Shown here one piece after another: positions 8,174 to 17,079 of a stretch of DNA of 30,371 nucleotides. How positions within the stretch are numbered: the first letter of the stretch is position 1; every line of letters begins with the position of its first letter. Under the pieces are notes generated by a model. It was given only the letters and a program-made list of their open reading frames with translations. It ran no database searches and was not told where the DNA came from. Position numbers and translations under genes: made by a program. The stretch comes from a virus (lineage: Duplodnaviria > Caudoviricetes), in IMG/VR virus record IMGVR_UViG_3300024253_000033, positions 1 through 30,371 of that record; one strand, 5' to 3'.

Positions 8174-10509
8174 ACCAGCCGCTCCTTTCGTCTGCGAATC
8201 GTGCCAAGCGCGTCGTCCATGGCCGGCGCAAGCCAGCCGATCGTCGCGCCTGTATCCGCGACCAGCTGCATCCCGGCGAGCTGCGGCAGATATCGCCGCA
8301 CCTCGCCTATCAGGACGTCCAGCTTTTGCGACAGTAAGTCGCTTGTCCCACCGATCCCGATGCTGTTCGGCAAATTGGTCAGCACATCGATTGCACCGAC
8401 GTCCACGCTGGTTGGGATTGCGCTCTGGATCTGCTTGTTCACGTCCTCCATGGCGTCGATAAATCCAACGCCAACACCCTCACCCATGTTTTCGCCGATT
8501 CCGGCAAACACTTTGGATGGTGACGCGATACCGAGTGCTTTCTTTGCGCTTTTCACGATATTGGAGAAGAAATCGCGCACTTTGCTCGCAAGCCACGAGG
8601 CCATGCTCTTGATGCCTTCCCACAAGCCGCTGACGATATTCTTGCCAATCTCCACCACGGAGGAGACCGATTGTCTAAATCCGTTCAGAATCGCGGATAC
8701 GATCTGCGGCAACGCCGCGATCAACTGCGGGAGCGCCTTGATCAGACCAGCCGCAAGCTGAACCGTCAGCTCGATGCCCATGATAACAAGCATGGGCAGG
8801 TTCTGCATGAAGAAGTTGATGATCCCAGTAATCAACTTAGGCAGTGCTTCGATCAGCTTCGGCAGCGCACGGATGATCCCCTCCGCTAAACCCTTCACGA
8901 TCGAGAATGCAGCAGCCATGAGCTTATCCATGTTGTCGAGCAGCGTTTCGCAGATCAGCAACACTGCCTCGATAATCGCTGGTATCAAGGTCGGTAACGC
9001 ATCACCAATCCCCTGTACGATCGAAGCGATCATCTCAATTGCTGCTTCGACCAAAGCGGGTAGGTTGTCGACAATTCCCTCTGCAAGAGTGGTGATCAGT
9101 TGCACTGCGCCGTCCGTGAACGCTGGAAGGGCGGTGATCACACCCTGCAAGAGCGTCATGACGATGCCGGACGCAGCGGAGACCAGCGTCGGGAGGTTCG
9201 CCGCCAACGCGCCGCCGATCGCGCTCACGATGCTCATACCCACCTGCACAAACTGCGGCAAGCTGCCGAGTATCATATTTGCGATCCCGCCGACCGTTTC
9301 GCCGAGCACGACAGTGATCTTGTCGAAGTCGCCGCCGGCTTCTGCAAGCCCAGAGGTGAAGTCCCCAAGTAACGAAACACCGTCGTCTGCGAGCGTCTGC
9401 AACTGCGGGAGCAGCACCGTTCCCATGACCCGCTGCGCCGCTTGAGCACCTTGCTTGAGCCGCTGCACGGAATCATCGAATGCGCCAAATTTCGCAATCG
9501 TGTCTTCGCTCAGCACCGCACCCATGCGTTTCGCTTCGTCGGTCAGCGCCGCTATGCCTTCACTGCCCTGTGTAATGAGGGGGTTGAGGTCCTGCGCGCT
9601 TTTACCAAAGAGCTGCATGGCCAGCGCGTCGCGTTCCGTTTCGTTTGACACCTGCCCAAGCGCGTCGATGGCATCCCAATAGACATCCTCACTGTCGCGA
9701 AGCGATCCGTCCGCATTGGTCACAGATACGCCGAGACGATCATATGCTTTGGCAAACTGTTCGCTGCCGCCAGCGGCGCTGGACATAGACTTCACGTTCT
9801 TCGCCATGGAGCCGGTCATGGTCTCAAGCGATACATCCACGAGATCAGCCGCGTAAGAATACGCTTGCAACCGCTCCACGCTCATACCGGTGATGGAGCT
9901 TTGCGTCAGCATTTCATCCGCATATGCCGCTGTATTGACCGTCATATCGACTAGTGCTTTGCCAGCGGCTAACGCTGCCGTTCCGATTGCCGCCATGGCC
10001 GCACCGAGCGATACGCCGATCCCCTTGACGACCGAACCTAGCTTGTCAAAGCGCCCACCTGCGTCATCCGCCTGATCGGCGGACTGCTTGATCTCGTCGC
10101 CGAATTCGTCAGCCTGTTTGCCGGCAGAATCCAGATCATTTGCCGTGCTTTCCAGTGCGGTTTCGTTCGCACCAAGTTCGCGCTCCATACCATTGAGAGC
10201 AGCCTTAGCGTTGTTAAGTTGAACCTGCCATGATTGGGTACGCTTATCGTTCTCCCCAAAAGAAGAAGCCGCGTTCTGCAACGCGGCTTCGAGGGTTTCG
10301 ACCTTATCTTTTTGGGCGTCGATCTCTTTTCGCAGGACTTGGTTTCGGGCGGTCAGTGCGCTGACCGATTTGTCCTGCTTCTCGAACTGGGAGGTGACGA
10401 GGTTCATCTCGCTCCCGAGAACCTTAAACGACTGGTTAATCTCGGAGAGCGCTTTCTTGAACTCTTTTTCTCCCTCAATTCCGATCTTGAGTCCGAAGTC
10501 GGATGCCAA
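8170..10509 (-). CDS. Tail tape measure protein (TTG start)
   Basis: 779 aa; N-terminal FGLKIGIEGEKEFK, coiled coil, amphipathic LPxL repeats, LGIASPSKVF; RBS GGAGGTG. Confidence 0.93.
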   Translation of the reverse strand: MASDFGLKIGIEGEKEFKKALSEINQSFKVLGSEMNLVTSQFEKQDKSVSALTARNQVLRKEIDAQKDKVETLEAALQNAASSFGENDKRTQSWQVQLNNAKAALNGMERELGANETALESTANDLDSAGKQADEFGDEIKQSADQADDAGGRFDKLGSVVKGIGVSLGAAMAAIGTAALAAGKALVDMTVNTAAYADEMLTQSSITGMSVERLQAYSYAADLVDVSLETMTGSMAKNVKSMSSAAGGSEQFAKAYDRLGVSVTNADGSLRDSEDVYWDAIDALGQVSNETERDALAMQLFGKSAQDLNPLITQGSEGIAALTDEAKRMGAVLSEDTIAKFGAFDDSVQRLKQGAQAAQRVMGTVLLPQLQTLADDGVSLLGDFTSGLAEAGGDFDKITVVLGETVGGIANMILGSLPQFVQVGMSIVSAIGGALAANLPTLVSAASGIVMTLLQGVITALPAFTDGAVQLITTLAEGIVDNLPALVEAAIEMIASIVQGIGDALPTLIPAIIEAVLLICETLLDNMDKLMAAAFSIVKGLAEGIIRALPKLIEALPKLITGIINFFMQNLPMLVIMGIELTVQLAAGLIKALPQLIAALPQIVSAILNGFRQSVSSVVEIGKNIVSGLWEGIKSMASWLASKVRDFFSNIVKSAKKALGIASPSKVFAGIGENMGEGVGVGFIDAMEDVNKQIQSAIPTSVDVGAIDVLTNLPNSIGIGGTSDLLSQKLDVLIGEVRRYLPQLAGMQLVADTGATIGWLAPAMDDALGTIRRRKERLV

Positions 10510-10539
10510 TGAATCACCTCCTTAGGGAAAAATGGGCAT

Positions 10540-10564
10540 AAAAAAACGACCCGAAGGTCGTTTT
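10540..10564 (-). terminator. Intrinsic terminator after lysR, directly upstream of the tape measure gene
   Basis: AAAACGACC-TTCG-GGTCGTTTTTTT with a cUUCGg loop. Confidence 0.8.
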
Positions 10565-10589
10565 GAGAATTTCTGCCCCTTTGCTTGTA

Positions 10590-11474
10590 CTATTTTGATT
10601 CCATGCACAATGTTATAAATGCTTTCATCAACGGACTGAGCCATTTGTTCTTGTGATACGCGCATACCGCAGTTACATGCGAATCATCCATTTCGGTGGG
10701 AATTTCAACTAATTCCCCGCGAAGTAACTCCTCTTGAACAGTAAATCTGGGCAAGGACGAAATCCCAACATCATTTCTAACCAGATTAATGATTGTAGGT
10801 ATGCTCCAAAGTTCAATCGTATGATCAAGCGTAATACTTTTATAGTTGAGATATTTCTCGAACTTCTGTCGGAAAATGCAATCCTGCTCATTAATCAAAT
10901 AGGTTAGCGCGAGTTTTTGATCTGGTGTGATCAGATCCGGAAATCGCTCTCGCGTGTACGGGGAGGCGACCACAACGACTTCACTGCTCTCCATTTCTTG
11001 AACAACCAAGTTAGAGCCATATCCGCCAACATCATTGTAAAAGATTCCAATATCCAGTGCACCGTTCATGAGCGCATCGCGAATATCATAACAGTTCATT
11101 GATTTGAGAAATAACCGTGCGTTTGGCGCTGTTTGATGAAAGTGCTTTAATTTGTCTGGCATTGAAAAACAAAGCTGTGTTTCCGCAACTCCCACTGTCA
11201 AATCCCCCGCACAAGATGATAAATCTGATTCGAAATACTTCATTTTCCGCACAGAATTCAGCACTTCAGTGACATATGGTAGAATCTGCTCTCCAGCTTT
11301 CGTCAACACCATCCGTCGGCCAATCTTCTCAAACAATTGAACAGAAAATTCCTGTTCAAGTTGTCCAATCTGAAATGTAATTGTGGATTGAGTATACCCG
11401 AGCTTTTCGGCGGCTTTCACGAAACTGCCTTCGTCTATGATCGTCATGAACGTATTCAAGTATTTAAGCTCCAT
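10590..11474 (-). CDS. LysR-family transcriptional regulator (moron)
   Basis: LysR HTH GSFVKAAEKLGYTQSTITFQIGQLEQE...LFEKIGRRMVLTKAG; 294 aa; more AT-rich than flanking phage genes. Confidence 0.95.
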   Translation of the reverse strand: MELKYLNTFMTIIDEGSFVKAAEKLGYTQSTITFQIGQLEQEFSVQLFEKIGRRMVLTKAGEQILPYVTEVLNSVRKMKYFESDLSSCAGDLTVGVAETQLCFSMPDKLKHFHQTAPNARLFLKSMNCYDIRDALMNGALDIGIFYNDVGGYGSNLVVQEMESSEVVVVASPYTRERFPDLITPDQKLALTYLINEQDCIFRQKFEKYLNYKSITLDHTIELWSIPTIINLVRNDVGISSLPRFTVQEELLRGELVEIPTEMDDSHVTAVCAYHKNKWLSPLMKAFITLCMESK

Positions 11475-11493
11475 ATCAGCGCGCCTTCTTTTG

Positions 11494-11560
11494 GTTCATT
11501 AATATTGAACTATGTATTTTATTATTTCAACTTGTTTGAATGTTTAGTTGCTGATATGAT
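11494..11560. promoter_or_regulatory. Two LysR-type dyads and the sigma-A promoter of the exporter
   Basis: TTCA-N7-TGAA at 11495-11509 and 11526-11540 (T-N11-A type); TTGTTT-17-TATGAT with extended TG at 11532-11560. Confidence 0.65.
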
Positions 11561-11622
11561 AGCATACAATAACTCTTCTGACAATCATGTCTGTTCGATT
11601 GCCAGTGGTAGTAGGAGGTTAT

Positions 11623-12204
11623 ATGAATTTCCCTGCATTCTTGTCGTACACCTTTCTTACAGCATATACTCCAGGACCCAACAACCTTCTCTCAATGTCA
11701 AATGCAAGCCGCGATGGGTTAAAACGATCCATTCCTTTCTTCTTCGGCATTTTTTCCGGCTTTATCGTCGTTATGGGAGCATGTGCAATCTTTACTTCAC
11801 TACTATATGAGTTAATCCCCACGATTAAGCCCTATATGGTAATTCTTGGTGCGGGTTATATTTTATTCTTGGCATGGACAGTTTTGCGTGACCGTCCGCA
11901 CGAAGGCAAGGCTGGTATCACGCAAGGTAACTCGTTTTTCTCAGGGTTATTACTTCAGTTTGTGAACGTAAAGATCATACTGTACGGAATAACAGCTATG
12001 TCTTCCTATGTACTCCCGTACTACCACAAAACGACCGATATCTTTTTATATGTATTGCTTTTGACCATGATCGGTACTTCAGGATGTATTTGCTGGGCAA
12101 TATTCGGAGCGATTTTCGAAAAGCTATTTCAACGGTATCGTAAGCCCATCAACATAATCATGGCTTTATTACTTGTGTATTGTGCCATATCGTTGTTTTT
12201 CTAG
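11623..12204 (+). CDS. LysE/RhtB-family amino-acid exporter (EamB-like)
   Basis: TPGPNNL motif, multiple TM helices, QFVNVK; start moved to ATG 11623 after RBS AGGAGG. Confidence 0.9.
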   Translation: MNFPAFLSYTFLTAYTPGPNNLLSMSNASRDGLKRSIPFFFGIFSGFIVVMGACAIFTSLLYELIPTIKPYMVILGAGYILFLAWTVLRDRPHEGKAGITQGNSFFSGLLLQFVNVKIILYGITAMSSYVLPYYHKTTDIFLYVLLLTMIGTSGCICWAIFGAIFEKLFQRYRKPINIIMALLLVYCAISLFF

Positions 12205-12245
12205 TGATTTTCCAAACGTGTGCACTAGACACATTTTTTAAAGAA

Positions 12246-12455
12246 TTATAAGCCCGTTTGTATAATATCTTCAACATGGAAGATATGCGACGGTTTAGAT
12301 GCCCCTTGAAACTGCCGATACACCTCCCACTGGTCTAGCAGCGCGCCAAGCGGCATGAGCCAAACCTCGCGCTCCGGCCGCCCCAGCAGCGTCACCCCAT
12401 AAAAGATCAGTCGGGCAAACAGCTCTTCGTCGCTTGCCCGACCAACACGTGTTTT
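12246..12455 (-). CDS. -1 frame extension of the tail assembly chaperone (gpT-like), absent from the ORF track
   Basis: Reads ..RASDEELFARLIFYGVTLLGRPEREVWLMPLGALLDQWEVYRQFQGASKPSHIFHVEDIIQTGL*, overlapping the end of the chaperone. Confidence 0.75.
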   Translation of the reverse strand, partial: KTRVGRASDEELFARLIFYGVTLLGRPEREVWLMPLGALLDQWEVYRQFQGASKPSHIFHVEDIIQTGL

Positions 12456-12820
12456 GAGGGTTCCTCTTCGCTTTCGACATAACGCTTCGTGCCCTTGACC
12501 ATCGCTTCCATGATCGCGGCTTTGTAGCCGGAGAGATCCAGCGGCGTGGTGAGCAGTTCTACCGCTTCCTCAGTCAGCAGTTCGCGCCTATGATCCGGCT
12601 CAAGCAGGTTGTGCACCAGTGTGCTCTGATTCGCGAGCAACGTAATCAACCACACCACCTCATCCAGCGCTAGTTCGAAGTTTTCAGCCTTCATGAGTTT
12701 ATCGCCCAGATGTTCCACCCCTCCGTAGCGCTTCGCGATCTCTTTCGTCGCGCGGGTGGTCAGGAGCATTTCATATTCCCGATTGCCGATTCGGATCATC
12801 GCGCCTCTGTCGTTTTCCAT
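12407..12820 (-). CDS. Tail assembly chaperone (gpG-like)
   Basis: Lies between major tail and tape measure; LLTTRATKEIAKRYGG pattern. Confidence 0.8.
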   Translation of the reverse strand: MENDRGAMIRIGNREYEMLLTTRATKEIAKRYGGVEHLGDKLMKAENFELALDEVVWLITLLANQSTLVHNLLEPDHRRELLTEEAVELLTTPLDLSGYKAAIMEAMVKGTKRYVESEEEPSKHVLVGQATKSCLPD

Positions 12821-12823
12821 GTG

Positions 12824-13414
12824 TTAACCCTCCGCCGCAAATGTCGGCTCGTAGACCTGCGTATACCAGCCCGAGATCGTCGCCGCCGGTACGCTCGTAT
12901 CGTCCTCGTTGACCTCCGCTTTCCACGGATGTTTACCCTGACCGTCCAGCTTGTTTCGCCGGATAATCGTTCCCTCGATCGACGGGGTCGAAAATGTGAT
13001 ATTATCGCCCTTCGTCTGCAGGTTCGTCGCGGGAATGCCGAACACGACACGATAGAGCCAGAAGTAGCGATATTTTCCGTTGCTCTTCTTTGCGCGGAAG
13101 CCGATTGCGACCGGTTGACCGCCGTTCTCGCTTTGGGAAACGAGCACTTTATTGTCATCGATCTGAGACCCGGTCAGATCGCTCGCGACCGCCGCGCCGA
13201 TGTTGTCGATCCCGAGCGTCAGTGTACCACTCTTGAACTCCTTGACCACCTCGGCAGCGCCATCGTCTGCGTAGAGCGTCGCTTCGTTGATATCGATCTT
13301 CAATTCTGCAGACATCGCCTTGGCAAGCGAGACGGGCGCGGCGTAGGTCTCGTCGCCGTTCGTGCCTTCGGTGATCTTCGCGTAATACAATTTATCCAAC
13401 CCGATGGTTGCCAT
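12824..13414 (-). CDS. Major tail protein (phi13-like family)
   Basis: MATIGLDKLYYAKI, LYADDG, AIGFRAKKSNGKYRYFWLY motifs. Confidence 0.92.
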   Translation of the reverse strand: MATIGLDKLYYAKITEGTNGDETYAAPVSLAKAMSAELKIDINEATLYADDGAAEVVKEFKSGTLTLGIDNIGAAVASDLTGSQIDDNKVLVSQSENGGQPVAIGFRAKKSNGKYRYFWLYRVVFGIPATNLQTKGDNITFSTPSIEGTIIRRNKLDGQGKHPWKAEVNEDDTSVPAATISGWYTQVYEPTFAAEG

Positions 13415-13756
13415 CTATTCTTCCTCCAAGTACTCCTTCGCCACGTCTATGGCAAAGTGGTGATAGCCCGTGTCCTCTTCCAGTCCTACATATCGCCGTT
13501 CCGATACCAAGAATCCCGCCGTGAGCAGAAGCCGAACGAGCTGCCGTTTCTTCGCGCCGTAGTTACCCTTCGAAAAGAGCGACAGCCGTGCTTCCTCAAT
13601 GTTCATGCCCGGTGTATTGTCCGAAAACAACTCGAAGTGCTCCGAGATCGGCGTGATCACGACATACGTATCCGGCGCTGTAGTGGAGAAAACGCCGGTC
13701 TCCACAGGAAGTCCGGCGCTTTCGACGATCGTATTCAGTTCTTCCAACATACTCAC
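13415..13756 (-). CDS. Tail terminator/completion protein
   Basis: Position in the module; GTGA start/stop overlap with the upstream gene; EEDTGYHHFAID. Confidence 0.7.
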   Translation of the reverse strand: MSMLEELNTIVESAGLPVETGVFSTTAPDTYVVITPISEHFELFSDNTPGMNIEEARLSLFSKGNYGAKKRQLVRLLLTAGFLVSERRYVGLEEDTGYHHFAIDVAKEYLEEE

Positions 13757-14181
13757 CGGATATCCAACTCCTCCTTCAACGCCATCTGCATTGCCTCGAT
13801 GCACGGTTTCCGACTCGATAATTTCGTGCGCTTAAGAAACGGCTTTGGCGGCTGACCGTGCTTCCCATATTCCAGTACATTGGCAAGCATGGCATTGCTC
13901 ACGCTACCGCGACCTTCTGAGAAACCGACCTTTACATCGAGGTTGCCTTCGCGATCCAGCTTCGCGGGAGACACGCCAAGCGCCGCAGCGAGCTTGCCAG
14001 TCGAGCGGGACTTATATTTCGTCCCTCGACCGATTGCCGCTTGCAGGTTCGATTTCATCTTCTCCATGACGACCAGCCCGCCCGCAGCGAGTGCTTTGGG
14101 AATCGCCGCGTCGAGCGCGTTGCCCATACCAGCGATCCGATTCAGGAACTCATCCGGCATTTCTATCTTTACCTTAGCCAT
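13753..14181 (-). CDS. HK97 gp10-like neck protein
   Basis: STGKL, LEYGKHGQPPKPFL motifs. Confidence 0.85.
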   Translation of the reverse strand: MAKVKIEMPDEFLNRIAGMGNALDAAIPKALAAGGLVVMEKMKSNLQAAIGRGTKYKSRSTGKLAAALGVSPAKLDREGNLDVKVGFSEGRGSVSNAMLANVLEYGKHGQPPKPFLKRTKLSSRKPCIEAMQMALKEELDIR

Positions 14182-14506
14182 CCGGTGTCACCTTCTTTGC
14201 CAGCACTTCCACATACATCCCTCTACCCTTCACGTCCTCGATGGACGTGATTTCAAAGCGACCATCGCCGCATAAGATTACGTGCGCCGAGGTTACGGAT
14301 AATCCCGGAATCACACGAAATCGGAACAGATCCGTCGCCTCAGAAAAGGCGGCGCGGTTCACCCATTTCTGAGAACCGTGCCGCCCTTCCCGATACACAA
14401 ATGCCGAATACAGAACCTCATCGGTCTTGATCGCGAATCCCTCCGCGTCCTTTGTCACCACTTCCCGCGCGATCGAAATCAGGGTGTTCATTCTGCCGAA
14501 GCTCAT
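14174..14506 (-). CDS. Head closure/head-tail adaptor protein
   Basis: MSFGRMN...DAEGF...FRFR...FEITSIEDV; position. Confidence 0.82.
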   Translation of the reverse strand: MSFGRMNTLISIAREVVTKDAEGFAIKTDEVLYSAFVYREGRHGSQKWVNRAAFSEATDLFRFRVIPGLSVTSAHVILCGDGRFEITSIEDVKGRGMYVEVLAKKVTPDG

Positions 14507-14820
14507 GACCCCACCTTCCAGTCTCGATCAAGGCGGAGCAGCGTGTTTACGGTGTTCCATACTTGCTGCCCCGCCTGCACATTGTCCGCGAAGAATCCGC
14601 CCGTACTGCCGTCCCTACTCTCGTAAAAATGCGACGCGAGCATAATCACAGCCGCCTCGGTTGTTGGCGGGATACCCGCCACTTCGTAAGTTCCGGCAGT
14701 CAGGTGTTGGTAGCTCTCGGCGTAGGATAATGCGGCGTCGATCAGACGCTGGAGGAGTTCATCGTCCGCGTCGTGCGTCAGGATCAGGTTCGCCTTGACC
14801 TTAGTCAGTAGCGTTGCCAT
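14503..14820 (-). CDS. Head-tail connector (gp6-like)
   Basis: VKANL...DDELLQRLIDAA...AVIMLASHFYESR. Confidence 0.88.
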   Translation of the reverse strand: MATLLTKVKANLILTHDADDELLQRLIDAALSYAESYQHLTAGTYEVAGIPPTTEAAVIMLASHFYESRDGSTGGFFADNVQAGQQVWNTVNTLLRLDRDWKVGS

Positions 14821-14821
14821 C

Positions 14822-15118
14822 TCACATCGAGCCCGGCTGGTCTGCTACCATGATCCCAGCGTTCTTAAGCTTTTGCAGCAGGGCGTTGAAGTCACTCTTC
14901 AGGTCAGCAATGGTGGTTGCGACACTATCCGCCTGATTCGTCACCTGATAGACGCTGCCAGCCGTCTGTTCCGAAGCGTATCCCGATTGCAAGCCAGTGA
15001 CGGTGGCGGTATCCAGAACCTCCAGCGTACCGCCAATCACCAGCCGATCCCCACCGTCGGTGAGGTAGTTCTTACAGTTGCGGGTCACGTCACCCGCCGG
15101 GGTGTCAATGATCTCCAT
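14822..15118 (-). CDS. Head fibre/decoration-like protein
   Basis: GGDRLVIGGTL and ADLKSDFNALLQKLKNAG motifs, directly after the capsid gene. Confidence 0.7.
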   Translation of the reverse strand: MEIIDTPAGDVTRNCKNYLTDGGDRLVIGGTLEVLDTATVTGLQSGYASEQTAGSVYQVTNQADSVATTIADLKSDFNALLQKLKNAGIMVADQPGSM

Positions 15119-15130
15119 CTAGCCCCTCCG

Positions 15131-16330
15131 TTAAGCCTTCTGCTGCAGGACCTTGATCGCTTCGGGCAGAATCAGCTTGCCGTCGAGCCTCTGCGAAGCG
15201 AGGAAGCCAACCTGACCCGTCGTAGCGTACAGCTCGTTCAGGCGTTTGAAGGTGCGACCCTGACGATCGGCGATCCAGTAGTAGGAGAAATCGCCGAACG
15301 CGATGGACTTATTGCCCGCGCTAACTCCCGGCATGAACTCGCTGGTCACGATGCGGTGTCCAAGGATGGTGTCCGGCGCATTCTCCGTGATACCCGGGCG
15401 CCAGAGATATTGCCCGTCGCCGTCTTTGAGTTTGCGCAGCAGTTTCACGGTCGTGTCATTGAGTACGAACACCGCGCTCTTGCGGTACGGCGCACGGAGC
15501 GAGTACACAAGGTCAATCAGTTCGTCGCCGGTGATCGCGGCGGCGCCTGCCGTAGTCACGCCGATCTCTGCACCGCCCGTGGCGTTGAGGATACCGACGG
15601 GTTTACTCACACCGTTACCGTTGAGGAACGCGTCCTCTTCCTTGTCGCCGATGCGTTTGCCGAACTGCTCGGAGACATACCCCTCTATATCGAAGATGCT
15701 GTCAGAGAGCAACTCTTCCGACACCTTGATCATGGTCGCGAGCTTGTACGCGCCGAGTACGACCTGCGAGAAGGAATCATCCGAAAGCGGATAAGTTCCC
15801 TCTTCATCGACCCAGTCTGCGGTGCCCTTCGAGGCGACCACTGGGATCTTCCGATCGCCGTAGCTCGTCTGGATCACATGGCACAGCGGGCGGAGCACAT
15901 TCGCTTCCGTCAGTTTCTTCACAAGCGTGCGCTCGAACTCGTCGGGGACGAGGTATCCGCCCTCACTGTCGGTGCCTTCCTGAAGCGCGTTTAGAATCTC
16001 CGTCCGGGGATTCTTGGAGCGGATCGCGTTCCAGAACGCCTTCTTATACTCGGCGGTAGCGCGGCCTGTCTTTTGCTCCGTATTGGTTTGCGCGGGCTTG
16101 CTGGTCAGCGGGTCGGCGGTGGGTTTGTTCAGTTCCGCGTCCAGCGCCGCCTGTCGCTCGAGACGTTCGACTTCTTTGCCGAGCGCGACAACCTCGGCCT
16201 CCATCTTTTCATATGCGCCAGCATCCTCGGCGGAGAGCAGCCCGTCCGTGCCGCGCTTGACATCCAGAAATGCTTTCGCGGCATCCCATTTCTTCGCGCG
16301 GTTCTCGCGCAGTTGTAAAATCGTATTCAT
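15131..16330 (-). CDS. Major capsid protein, HK97 fold
   Basis: EGGYLVPDEF, VSEELLSDS, GNGVSKPVGI, FGDFSYY; start at ATG 16330 after AGGAGG. Confidence 0.96.
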   Translation of the reverse strand: MNTILQLRENRAKKWDAAKAFLDVKRGTDGLLSAEDAGAYEKMEAEVVALGKEVERLERQAALDAELNKPTADPLTSKPAQTNTEQKTGRATAEYKKAFWNAIRSKNPRTEILNALQEGTDSEGGYLVPDEFERTLVKKLTEANVLRPLCHVIQTSYGDRKIPVVASKGTADWVDEEGTYPLSDDSFSQVVLGAYKLATMIKVSEELLSDSIFDIEGYVSEQFGKRIGDKEEDAFLNGNGVSKPVGILNATGGAEIGVTTAGAAAITGDELIDLVYSLRAPYRKSAVFVLNDTTVKLLRKLKDGDGQYLWRPGITENAPDTILGHRIVTSEFMPGVSAGNKSIAFGDFSYYWIADRQGRTFKRLNELYATTGQVGFLASQRLDGKLILPEAIKVLQQKA

Positions 16331-16341
16331 TCGTTTCCTCC

Positions 16342-17079
16342 TTAGTGTGAAATTAAAGAGAGCCGCTGGTAAAGGGGCTCTGCGGGGCATCTTGGTTCGG
16401 TTGTTTGAACGGAGGGTGTCTCCTCCGCCACAGGTGGCTTGCTTGCCTGTTTTCGTTGCAACTTATTGAGAAGCGAGTTCGTGACCGCGCGGCGTGAGAA
16501 GCTGAACACCACATCATCGTGTTTCGCTTGTTTCTTCTCGTCCTCCAGCACACCGTCCGCGAAGCCAAGTTCAATCGCTTTATTCGCGTTCATCCATGTT
16601 TCCGCGTCCATTAGGTGTGCGAGCTTCGCACGGGACATGCCCGTCTTCAACTCATATGCGTTGATGATGCTCTCCTTCACCTCGTCCAGCATGGCGATTG
16701 CCTTCTGCATTTCCTCGCTATCGCCTATAGCTACCGTCAACGGATTGTGGATCATGAGCAAGCTCGTCGGTGCCATGAGCACCTCGGTACCCGCCATGGC
16801 GATGACCGACGCGGCGCTTGCTGCGATGCCGTCGATTTTGACCGTGATATGTCCCTTGTAATCCATGAGCATGGTGTAGATCTGGCTCGCCGCCACGCAA
16901 TCGCCGCCCGGGCTGTTGATCCAAATAACAACGTCACCCGCTCCGGCGTTCAGTTCGTCCTTGAACATCCTCGGGGTGACGTCGTCCTCAAACCAACTCT
17001 CTTCGGCGATCGTGCCGTTCAGTGTCAAAGTTCGGGTGCCGTCCTCGTTTCGCACCCAGTTCCAGAACCTTCTGTTCAA
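16342..17079 (-). CDS. ClpP-like prohead protease
   Basis: INSPGGD, AASAAS (catalytic Ser), MIHNP, ETWM, GFAD. Confidence 0.95.
   Translation of the reverse strand: MNRRFWNWVRNEDGTRTLTLNGTIAEESWFEDDVTPRMFKDELNAGAGDVVIWINSPGGDCVAASQIYTMLMDYKGHITVKIDGIAASAASVIAMAGTEVLMAPTSLLMIHNPLTVAIGDSEEMQKAIAMLDEVKESIINAYELKTGMSRAKLAHLMDAETWMNANKAIELGFADGVLEDEKKQAKHDDVVFSFSRRAVTNSLLNKLQRKQASKPPVAEETPSVQTTEPRCPAEPLYQRLSLISH

Noticed and set aside
8600-9300. Periodic sequence in the tape measure as a repeat array
   Set aside because: Ordinary amphipathic protein repeats of tape measure proteins, not DNA-level repeats
12295-12480. Listed 61-aa minus-strand ORF as the chaperone extension
   Set aside because: It is the +1 frame and not protein-like; the -1 frame ending at 12246 is the plausible one
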